Shown here piece by piece: positions 11,518-20,845 of a DNA stretch of 64,000 nt. The notes under the pieces are model-generated. The model was not told the origin of the DNA and ran no database searches. It worked only from the letters and a program-made list of their open reading frames with translations. The position numbers and the translations under genes are program-made. Position 1 is the stretch's first letter. Each line of letters opens with the position of its first letter. The stretch is from Nemertoderma westbladi (Eukaryota > Animalia > Xenacoelomorpha), in the NCBI GenBank assembly GCA_032718475.1, contig JAUCBJ010000118.1, forward strand, positions 1-64,000, written 5' to 3'.

Positions 11518-12742
11518 ATGTCAATTATTAAGGAATTAGATTTATTTTCTATACAGCCAATACAGACTGAATTTAAAGCAAAGCATTATGAAACAATTTA
11601 CCCCATATCTAATCTCGGAAGTGAGTCTAGGGAAGTCACGTTCCTTGTACCGAGATCCAATGAATTCTATACGAAACTGCAAGATGCGTTATCAATTACA
11701 AAATGTACTGTACGGTGGGATAGACGACTTGAAAATTCCCATATATATATGCTGAATTACCCTGCTGAAACTATGTGGAGTGATATTAAAATAGACCTTA
11801 ATGAGAAGCAGGTTGAAAATAGCAATAACCATTATTTCTACAAGTCGTACTTATCCAATTTATTATTTACAACTTACGAGGATAAAAATGGGCTACTGGG
11901 TGCGGGTGGCTTTCATTAGCCTTTATCTGAACACGGAAATGAAATTGACCCCGGCGCGCATCCTATTGGCGATGCCTTTAGTAAACAAATGCAATTTGTA
12001 AGTGGATTGACGATTGATTTTGATACTGAAAGCAAAATAATACAACCCGGGTATGATTTAAGAATGCATTTTAGAAAAGTATCAAATTCGTTTATTTTTA
12101 AAATCACTCCAAATGCAAACGCGGTGACAAATCTTCGGCTAGAATTAGATGAAATAAAGATCCTAATCCCTAGAATGGAGGTTAATCCGGTAATAGAAAG
12201 CAGTCACCTAAAAGGTTTAGACAGTTACAACATTTACTATTCCCGCTCAAACCACAAATTATACCCAAACAAACATATTTGATGGTAAAAAACCCAAATT
12301 AGTTATTATCGGCTTCATAACAAATAACGCTTATTCGGGAGAATTAATTAGCAATCCCTTGAAATTTGAACATTTTAATCTTAGACGCGCGGAACTGATT
12401 GTAGACGGTCTTCCAGTAGGTGGTGTAATATACGAGCCTAATTTTACAGATGGAACATATATTTTTGAGTATACTCAATTAATGAACAACATTAATACAT
12501 ATATTAACGGTTATGGAGGTAATAATATAGACCATGAAACCTACTTAGGTAATTGTCCCCTCCTATCCTGGGACTTAACCGCCGATGGCTATGTTAGAGA
12601 TCCGCAACCGTCAATATATACTAACGGCCAATTAAAATTAAGATTTGCCGAACCGTTGGTTGAAACCATAAATGTAATCGTTTTTAATATTTATGATCAA
12701 TCATTAAGTTTAAATAGTAGGAAAGAAATACATATCGATTAA
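11518..12742 (+). pseudogene. Major capsid protein (double jelly-roll), disrupted
   Basis: KELDLFSIQPIQT..YPISNL, YFYKSYLSNLL, NIFDGKKPKLVIIGF..NAYSG..NPLKFEHF, LKLRFAEPL; in-frame TAG at 11917-11919 and a frameshift/deletion near 12240-12270. Confidence 0.88.
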
Positions 12743-12744
12743 GT

Positions 12745-13199
12745 ATGTTATCTACTGAGGACCTTGATATGTTTCCAGTGGGTGGTCACTATTTGGGTGC
12801 GTTTCCAGCTAATAAATTACCTAAATTAGATAATAATAATAAGCGGAGAGATTATGGGTTAATAGTAAATACCGATAAAGAGCATCTGCCCGGGATTCAT
12901 TGGATCGCAATATATATACGAGATAATGAGGCTGAATTATTTGATTCATTCGGATCAAAATATCCAAACAGATGCATCGAAAAATGGCTTGAGAAAAATT
13001 CCGCAAGATGGCGTACTACTCGCAAACAATTTCAAGACCCAAGGAGGACCACATGCGGCCTATACTGTCTTTATTACTTGGTAAATCGAATTCACACAAA
13101 CTATCCAATGAGTGCTTTACAAATAATGTGGAAATAAATGAAATAATATTATATAAATGGCTTGTTAATTATTATAAAATAAACCAACAAGCGTTGTAA
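12745..13199 (+). CDS. Adenain-like cysteine maturation protease (C-terminus probably frameshifted; called ORF ends 13137)
   Basis: YLGAFPANKLP, IVNTD..PGIHWIA (His), FDSFG (Asp), QFQ, TCGLYC (Cys); a plausible tail FTNNVEINEIILYKWL lies in the overlapping frame ending 13199. Confidence 0.9.
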
Positions 13200-13230
13200 T
13201 TAATCATTTAGCTTTTGTTTATCAGATAAA

Positions 13231-13833
13231 ATGGATAATATTATTTTTGTTGATTTTCAATATTATAAGATAGACAATAAAGAGTATCCGGTAGTATTTA
13301 AAGAATTTGCTATATTCGATTCTAATTACACCAAAACTAATGTAAAGACGTTTTTAATTAAAGGCCCACCTAATATTAAGTTATCAGCTTTAGATGTAGC
13401 TCACGTAAACAATTTACGATTCATGACTTCTCATTTGCCCTGGGACTACGGTGACATTTCGCAAGATGACTTTAAAAAATATATGAAGAGACATTTAAAA
13501 TATAAAAAAAATATACATGTATTTGGGTTGATGAAGCGGGCAATATTAGTTTCCCAACTCGATGTTCTCGTGCCAAATTCGGTGGAGAAATTGGGAATAT
13601 ATAAGCAATATCATGATTATTTAACCCCCTGTCGCTTCCACGATCAATTTACTACAGTAGAAAATAAATGTGCATTCCACTTAAACATAAAGGATAACTG
13701 TCTGCGGTATTGCTCAGCAAAACGCGTTGGGGGGTATGAGATGCTACACTTTTTCATGAGAAAGCGTTTAACTGCGACTGATGATGATAAACAGAAAGAA
13801 ATAACTGCGGTGGAAGATGTACTCATACTGTAA
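13231..13833 (+). CDS. Polinton accessory protein, possible DEDD/DnaQ-like exonuclease fold
   Basis: IIFVDFQ..VFKEFAI..FLIKGPP..HLPWDYGDI pattern resembles ExoI-like starts of an uncharacterised Maverick family; Cys/His cluster at the C-terminus. Confidence 0.55.
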   Translation: MDNIIFVDFQYYKIDNKEYPVVFKEFAIFDSNYTKTNVKTFLIKGPPNIKLSALDVAHVNNLRFMTSHLPWDYGDISQDDFKKYMKRHLKYKKNIHVFGLMKRAILVSQLDVLVPNSVEKLGIYKQYHDYLTPCRFHDQFTTVENKCAFHLNIKDNCLRYCSAKRVGGYEMLHFFMRKRLTATDDDKQKEITAVEDVLIL

Positions 13834-13871
13834 GTTTAACTGCGGTGGAAGATGTACTCTTACAGTAGGTT
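13802..13871 (+). repeat. 35-bp tandem duplication spanning the stop codon
   Basis: TAACTGCGGTGGAAGATGTACTC(A/T)TAC(T/A)GTA(A/G)GTT twice. Confidence 0.9.
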
Positions 13872-14431
13872 TACTCTAAGCTTGTAATGTGATGGGATAA
13901 TATATTTGTTTTAATGTCAATAAAAAATAATAAAAACATTAAAATCTTTTTTTATATCGCTGTTTACACTCACAAACACACCACACCTACCGGTAGCCCT
14001 CTGTTGTATCAGAGTTTAACTACCAGTAGCTAGCTGAATTTACACATACAGACATATAGAATGGCAGAATGGCGCCCTTCTAGACTATCAGCAACCACAA
14101 GGTTTTAGCATTACTTACTAAATTAACTCAACATGGAGGGTTCGTGAATGCTGCATTAGAGAGGCCCTCCTAACAATAGGCCTACTGGTACCGATGGCCC
14201 TGTAGCCCTCTTCCAACTGTATACCGGTACTTGAGGATAGAGCAAGGGCATACCGGTTTCTTTGATTTAAGGATTACACTATTACACTTGAATGCTTCCA
14301 ATTTTCTGTTTACAACTTTAATTGGTCTAATCTACATTACTGCGGGCTATTACTGTCGCATAGGTAAGCCTATACAGCTATAGTTAACTTTATGGGGGGC
14401 CCTTTTTCGAATGTTGACCCAATATGGTTTA

Positions 14432-14812
14432 TGGTTAACCTTTAGTACTCGCGGATAGGTAAGGTACACTTTCATTCGGTTAGGCATATAGGCCTAATGA
14501 CTACTCCTCAACTGAAAGTTGACTAGCTCATTGATACAATAGGTGTGGTTAGGTACCGGTAGGGCTATAGGTCCTATAAAATCCCCTCGCACTCTCTGTT
14601 ACTAACTTTCTACATTCACTCTATGTTGTATGCTTCTTTACAGTTAACCTTTAGAACTCTTGGTTAGGGGCGCCATCATTCAACCAGTCATATAATAGCT
14701 CCACTCGGATACAATAGGTGTGGCTCGCGGTATACCTAACTAAGCCTATATAAAATCCATCCCATTCTCTGTTACTAACATTCACTCTATGTTGACGGGG
14801 GACTATATAAAA
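14432..14812 (+). repeat. Diverged ~180-210 bp tandem duplication with TATA-like boxes in the central intergenic region
   Basis: GTTAACCTTTAG, GATACAATAGGTGTGG, CTATA(TA)AAATCC, TCTCTGTTACTAAC and ACATTCACTCTATGTTG each occur twice in the same order. Confidence 0.75.
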
Positions 14813-14968
14813 CATAGTTAATTTATTTATGTATTCGCTTTTTTTTAAATTATATATAAAATAGGTTCGGTCTACTAAGTTTTATAAGCAACAATAACTG
14901 ATAACAATAACAATAACAACAACAATAACAACAACAACAACACTAAATTTATTACTGTATTATACTTT

Positions 14969-15388
14969 TTATAGTCCTATATGTGGGTCCCTCAGTGGAG
15001 TTTCCTCCATTACCGGTACCTGTAAATGGTTGTTTATAGGCCTAACTTCTACCGGTCTTTGTGTTGGTATATCGAAGTGAAGCGTATTATCAACATCATT
15101 CTCCCAATTTTCGCTAGAGGGTGAGCTTCCCGATATTCGCGATGGTTGTATCTTTATATCAAGTGTGAAATCTTTTGAAATTTCAACCTTTGTAGGCGAT
15201 AAAGGTAGACCATCTACTTGACCTACTCCATATTCTACCGAAGTAAACCCGATCTCAAATTTTTGGTTTATATATCGCAACTCCATCTCAGCAATATTGG
15301 ATGCTGAGAGATATGTTTCGTCGCTTGATTGCAATTCGATTTTGATACAACTTTTCAACTCTCGGTTATTGAAAAAGGCGAATGTCAT
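14969..15388 (-). CDS. Hypothetical Polinton protein (139 aa; may be a last exon)
   Basis: ORF at the end of the minus-strand block; no motif recognised. Confidence 0.45.
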   Translation of the reverse strand: MTFAFFNNRELKSCIKIELQSSDETYLSASNIAEMELRYINQKFEIGFTSVEYGVGQVDGLPLSPTKVEISKDFTLDIKIQPSRISGSSPSSENWENDVDNTLHFDIPTQRPVEVRPINNHLQVPVMEETPLRDPHIGL

Positions 15389-16068
15389 CTTCGAGTCGAG
15401 GTAAGTTGTCGTCGTCGTCGTAACTAGGTACCGGTAAGAATATCTTTAAATTGAATAGGTAGGCCTACTGATATTTTTTTCTTCTTTTGTTTAACAAAAT
15501 TATAGTTCACTGTCAGAAAAATTGAGTTTATATATATTTTTGTAGAGGGTCGCAGATGTGTACATTACAAAATTCTCATAGTTAACAAAATGCACAACAT
15601 AAACCTTTCCCAGGCGGATTAGCGATATATGCTCTGTTTGTTGTTCTATTCTGAATGTAGGGAGATGCCTAGCCGATGTTTTAATGATATGTACCGGTAT
15701 ACAGACTAGTAACAGATAGGAGGGCATCGTCTTTGACTATGAATACCAGCACATAGCCCTAATCTTTTCTCACCGAGCTTAGCGTTGCCCGCCGCACTCA
15801 CGCACACTCATAAGTAACAGATGCGCTATTGTAACTCACTCGTGAGCAACAATGCCAAGTTAGCTAGCTAGCTACAGCCCCTGAGTATACTATGCCTACT
15901 TGAGTGTTACAAGCAGCAATCGCACTACCGAAGTTAATTTCCCCTCAAACTAGTTGTTGATTTTAAAAAAATATTCATAATTTTTTTCCAACCAATTTAA
16001 TATATATATATTTTACAGTAAAAATCTCCACCACCAAACAGCAACAACAACAATAAATTTCACTCACA

Positions 16069-16617
16069 CTAATTATATTTTACAACAAAAACCCTCGCAC
16101 CAAACAATAATAAATTATTAACCAGTTTGTTGAATATAGGGTAATATATATGAAATTTAAACGGGGAACACATTAATGTACATTTACCGGTGTAGAAGCA
16201 GCAAACAACAACATTATTATTTATTCTGACTTTACAGTTATTGAATATTTCAGGTTCATATATAACTTGAAGTTGCACATTATCAAAGACAACATAAAAC
16301 CCGGTATTGTTTATCAATAACCTATAGACTACAGACTTAATACTAAAAATATAAGTACATAAATTAACAGATTTTAAAATCAAATTAATACTAGTTTTAT
16401 CAAATATATGCTTTTTTACTTTTTGGAAATTATACTTACTGCCTAATAATGTAATACGACCATTTTTAAATATTAATAATGTGGCACCAAATATCTTATA
16501 TATAAACTGATTTGGTTTGAGTATGTGTTTACCAGATAATTGATTTTTTAATTCTTTAAAATTAATCGCTAACACTTGCTGGCAACTTACATTTTTATTT
16601 ACTATTTGATAATTCAT
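16069..16617 (-). CDS. Divergent TATA-box-binding protein (TBP)-like protein
   Basis: Two-repeat TBP core: YQIVNKNVSC..INFKEL, ATLLIFKNGRITLLGSK (cf. TALIFSSGKMVCTGAK), YEPEIFN (cf. YEPELFP), VVVCCFYTGKCTL (cf. VLLIFVSGKVVL). Likely ATG at 16617 overlaps the pPolB end; ORF track starts at 16647. Confidence 0.8.
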   Translation of the reverse strand: MNYQIVNKNVSCQQVLAINFKELKNQLSGKHILKPNQFIYKIFGATLLIFKNGRITLLGSKYNFQKVKKHIFDKTSINLILKSVNLCTYIFSIKSVVYRLLINNTGFYVVFDNVQLQVIYEPEIFNNCKVRINNNVVVCCFYTGKCTLMCSPFKFHIYYPIFNKLVNNLLLFGARVFVVKYN

Positions 16618-19600
16618 CACCAATACCATCGTCTTTTGGTTCTTCATAAATTGGTATATTTGATATTTTTATAGGTTTTTTGAGGTTTGTTTTATAGTGC
16701 CCCCAAGGAAGCGAATGATTTTTATTAACCCAATAAAGTTTATCGTCAAAGCTACTGAGTGCAAATTTATTTTGCTTTAAGGTATAAATACGATGTAATT
16801 TAGATTGACATCTGTGTATGTTTTTTTTTATTTCTTCATTTGAGTTATATGCTTTTAAATATTCTTCATGTGTAATATTCGTTTCCACAACAGCTCTTGT
16901 AATACCTTTTGCTCTACGAATATTTTTGTTATTCCATTCCAAAATTGAATATAATTTTGTTCTTAAAAATACTGCTTGTTTAATTTCATGTGAGGCTAGT
17001 TCGTCTTTACAGTAATAGAGTTGGGATTTATTTTTATCGCTGTAGAGAGGGTGATCCTTAGGGTAATTGGAAGTATCTAAAATATTATTTTTAATTAATG
17101 CTTTTAAAAAATTATTCTGTGATGTATTATAATAACAACCTATTAAAGAGTCAGTGTCTGATGCAGAAATTTCAATACGACAGTTTAATTCTTTCTCAAT
17201 AGGTAGCAATTTATTGTAAAACAGCTCATACATATCCAATTTAGCCAAGTCCAACACAGCGCTACCAATAAATATAGGCTTATTGAGAGTTACAGAGTCT
17301 TTCACTAATAAATGTCCCGATAATGTATTATTGTATATTATAAATTGTTCATGATTAATACGATTTACCAATTGATCGCATTTATCGTTGCTATTTGCGA
17401 TACAAAAGTTACATCGATCTCTTATCTTTTCTATTGATTTGCCAAACAGTGAATTATTGAGCAATTTCGCGACAGCAGTTTCAATGTAACTTTTTGCTAG
17501 GCGCCTTTGATTAATATTAAAATCTATATAATTTTTAAATACAAATTCTTGTTGAAAAGAATATAATTTATGTAGTTTAGTAACAATTAATCCATGTTTT
17601 ATATAAAATTTTAACAGTTTCAAATGTAAATGATAAAACTCTTTATCAAATTGCGTCAGCAAGAGTTTTGGTGTAGACATCCTATATTTACGGGAGGTAC
17701 CTTTTTGTATCGATAAATTATTAAATTGTTCCCTCATATAAGGTGAAAGCATTGATTCATTTATACTTAAATGCTCTGGAGCTAACGGTAATTGTAATGT
17801 TTGATCGTGAATAGCTTTAGGATAATTTAAATCACATATTAAAAAATATCCAGTAGATCCATCAATGTCTAAATCTACCAAGTACTCGATTAGTTTTTCT
17901 GGAATTGCATTCTCTAAATGTTTAATACTTACTTCTTTGAATTGCGAGGTGGGTAGTTTTTTACTTAAATTCCCTGAATATAAAGAGTTGAAATCAATAT
18001 TAAAAATATGGCATTCTTCCTTAGTAGAATCATATGTACTTGTTCCTGGTATATTTGATTCTATATAATGCTTTCGACAAAATGAAACACCACCCCTAAT
18101 TGATTTTTCAAAATCTCTATATGTCTGATAATCCTTTATTAATTCTATTTTACATTTATTATATTTTAGTGCGCAATCATAGGTAAATGACTTGATACTA
18201 CAGTAAAAAACCACTTCTAAATCGTAATTTTGTTTACAAACATTCCTAAAATTCTCAAATATATCAGCAAGCAAACAAACATCGAGTTTTAAATAGGCTA
18301 AAAGATAATCTTTGAGATTCACACAGTCGAATTCAACCCATGATAATTCCGCAAACCTATAATCTTCTATTGTACATGTTTTTTGACTTAAGTTACTAAA
18401 AAAATTATTTATAGATGGCAAACTAGTATCATTAAATTTATTAATATCTGTCAAGTACTCGTATGGAAATACTCCTTTCCGTTTAATTGTTGAGTTATTC
18501 AAGTTTGGATAAAAATATTTCATTTCTTGTAGAGTAATAGGTAAAATTGAGCTTATATCATGACTCGCTACATCCTTTGTTGAACACTCAACTAAATTAC
18601 TTAAAGAAAAGCTTAAAAATTGATATGTGTCCAAGAAACGTAACTCAATTTTTTTAGAAGTGTTTTTAATTGGGATAAATACACTCGGTGAAATATATCG
18701 TTCTGTATTTCTCGGTATAACCTTTATATCCCAATCTGTGTATTTCTTATCTCTAAATCCGGTTTGTAATATACAATGTATATCGTAGTTGTTGGAATTG
18801 TGCCCGCAAAGTACATACAGGTATCGTTTCAATGATAAACTTCGGTTACAACTATTACAGGCTGCCGCAATATATTTACCTGTAATATGTGAATGATGTC
18901 TGTTTTTCCCAACATTATTATTTAAAGTAACATTACAATAGAAACAGAATTTTGCTTGTTCAAAATTTACAAAATCAATATTAGTAAATGACATGGTTTT
19001 ATGAGTGTATATATCTGACCAACAACATAATTCAGTTAAATCAGTATATAATGAATCTAAGAAATCTTGAATACAATTATTATTATTATTATTTGTCGTT
19101 AAAAATGTTTTCAAATGACATTTTGGTGGGTCAATTAATTCAGTATTGGGAACAATTAAATAACTCACAGCACACGGTATATGCTCCTGTATAAATTGAT
19201 TATTAACTGAAGGTTGTAAGATACATTCTATATCAAAGTAGGTGACAAACAATGGGGATAAGGTTCTATCTAAATTTGTAAAACTGATGTGTGTTCTTTT
19301 TTTATTAGGTAGTTTCTCGCGCTGACTTCTTCCTTGGTAGCATACGAGACGGTGTCTATGAAGAACTTCCGCTCGAAAAAAATGAGCCAGGCACCTTTCA
19401 CAAAATTGCCTACCTCGGGTATGAAGAGCTCTCGTATTCAGCAATCGATTCAAGTTAGTTATGCAAACATAATGATTCAGTTTAGGTACATTGTTATTTT
19501 TTACTACAAGTAATATATTTAATAACTGTTTATCAGGTGTAATTTTACTAAACGGAGGTTGTCTTAATATAGATACAGGAGTGTGTTTGTTGTCGTTATT

Positions 19601-20659
19601 CCAACATAGTAAATTAATTATATATTTTGAATTTTGTTTTTCAAAAAGTTTAATCGCTAACTGCCACTCTGTTGGATAATATTTGTTCCCATTGTCAAAA
19701 ATGATATGACTCATATAATTTTTGTACAATGAAGTATGGTTTTTGTTGTTTTTCACTTTGCTACCAAATTTTGCGGATATAATAGCCCATTTGAAACAAT
19801 CATTATCAGCTGTTTGTATATTTATTGTACATTTTTTAGCTGATAAAGCCTTAGGTAATTCCATATATCCATGCCCCTTATATAGTAACGACCTAAACTT
19901 AGATTCAGCTAATTTAATTTCAACCCTTAATAAAGATTTAATACGCCACCCCGAACCACGTGTGTTAAAGATGGCTATTTTTTGTAATATATTTCCCAGC
20001 ACATACTCAAACCATGTGTCAAAACTTTGCGGCGAATCTACAGTATTAATAGCACCACCGGAAGAATTAAAATAAAAGGTTTCCAATTGCTCGCCTTCTG
20101 AAAAATGTGATCTGTACATTAATACATTTAGACCTAACCACAGTCTAAGAACATTCATTTCTTTCAATCTATCTAATATTAACTGAAGAATATTACCTCG
20201 AATTTGTGCTAAAGCTGTTTCTACATCGGGATAATCTCTAGAAGTTGGGAGGTCGTGGACATAAATTTCAAGACGATTATCGTGAGCTTCTTGTTCCCGC
20301 GTAAAAATTGTTGCGCATGTACCAAGAGCCACCCTTAAGTTTTTTCTGGATATTATATTTTTATGTTGCGGAAATTTACGCTTTCTTGTGTAGTAACATT
20401 TCAAGTGACAGTCGTGTCGTATATAATTCTCATATGTATACTCTTTATTACAGGTAGAACAAGTCAATTGATAGGTGCGGAACTCCATTTCTTTACAACC
20501 AGTAGTTGATTCATGTCGTTTACAAATTTCGCTGCATGAAGTCACGACATGACACTTAAAACAAGAATAACCTTCAAAATGTGACCATAGGTGGCGTAAG
20601 TAATTATGTCTAGTTACATTCATATGACAGAATGAACAACATATTGTTATTTTATCCAT
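16595..20659 (-). CDS. Protein-primed family B DNA polymerase (pPolB), intact, 1354 aa
   Basis: ExoI YFDIE, ExoII HNSNNYD, ExoIII YLKLD; Pol A DFNSLY, B KLLNNSLFGK, C SDTDS; KGVFPYEY; N-terminal C2H2-like fingers, vOTU-like DNDCFKWA...NHY, EndoVII/HNH-like insert CFYC..RHHSHITGKY..CNSCN. Confidence 0.97.
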   Translation of the reverse strand: MDKITICCSFCHMNVTRHNYLRHLWSHFEGYSCFKCHVVTSCSEICKRHESTTGCKEMEFRTYQLTCSTCNKEYTYENYIRHDCHLKCYYTRKRKFPQHKNIISRKNLRVALGTCATIFTREQEAHDNRLEIYVHDLPTSRDYPDVETALAQIRGNILQLILDRLKEMNVLRLWLGLNVLMYRSHFSEGEQLETFYFNSSGGAINTVDSPQSFDTWFEYVLGNILQKIAIFNTRGSGWRIKSLLRVEIKLAESKFRSLLYKGHGYMELPKALSAKKCTINIQTADNDCFKWAIISAKFGSKVKNNKNHTSLYKNYMSHIIFDNGNKYYPTEWQLAIKLFEKQNSKYIINLLCWNNDNKHTPVSILRQPPFSKITPDKQLLNILLVVKNNNVPKLNHYVCITNLNRLLNTRALHTRGRQFCERCLAHFFRAEVLHRHRLVCYQGRSQREKLPNKKRTHISFTNLDRTLSPLFVTYFDIECILQPSVNNQFIQEHIPCAVSYLIVPNTELIDPPKCHLKTFLTTNNNNNNCIQDFLDSLYTDLTELCCWSDIYTHKTMSFTNIDFVNFEQAKFCFYCNVTLNNNVGKNRHHSHITGKYIAAACNSCNRSLSLKRYLYVLCGHNSNNYDIHCILQTGFRDKKYTDWDIKVIPRNTERYISPSVFIPIKNTSKKIELRFLDTYQFLSFSLSNLVECSTKDVASHDISSILPITLQEMKYFYPNLNNSTIKRKGVFPYEYLTDINKFNDTSLPSINNFFSNLSQKTCTIEDYRFAELSWVEFDCVNLKDYLLAYLKLDVCLLADIFENFRNVCKQNYDLEVVFYCSIKSFTYDCALKYNKCKIELIKDYQTYRDFEKSIRGGVSFCRKHYIESNIPGTSTYDSTKEECHIFNIDFNSLYSGNLSKKLPTSQFKEVSIKHLENAIPEKLIEYLVDLDIDGSTGYFLICDLNYPKAIHDQTLQLPLAPEHLSINESMLSPYMREQFNNLSIQKGTSRKYRMSTPKLLLTQFDKEFYHLHLKLLKFYIKHGLIVTKLHKLYSFQQEFVFKNYIDFNINQRRLAKSYIETAVAKLLNNSLFGKSIEKIRDRCNFCIANSNDKCDQLVNRINHEQFIIYNNTLSGHLLVKDSVTLNKPIFIGSAVLDLAKLDMYELFYNKLLPIEKELNCRIEISASDTDSLIGCYYNTSQNNFLKALIKNNILDTSNYPKDHPLYSDKNKSQLYYCKDELASHEIKQAVFLRTKLYSILEWNNKNIRRAKGITRAVVETNITHEEYLKAYNSNEEIKKNIHRCQSKLHRIYTLKQNKFALSSFDDKLYWVNKNHSLPWGHYKTNLKKPIKISNIPIYEEPKDDGIGDELSNSK

Positions 20660-20845
20660 GTTGAAGTTTGTTTAGATAAATAATAATAATAATAATAATA
20701 ATAAAATATGTCCAAAGATTAAAATAAAATGAAATGATATGATATTGACTATATCTAAACATTTATATGCTAGCGAGGGAAATAATTTTAAACCAATCAC
20801 CAATCGCTTATGGCTATTGGAAACCACAAAGAGTTTAACTTATGA

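Noticed and set aside
16818-20075. Small + strand ORFs inside pPolB
   Set aside because: Antisense shadows with no motifs.
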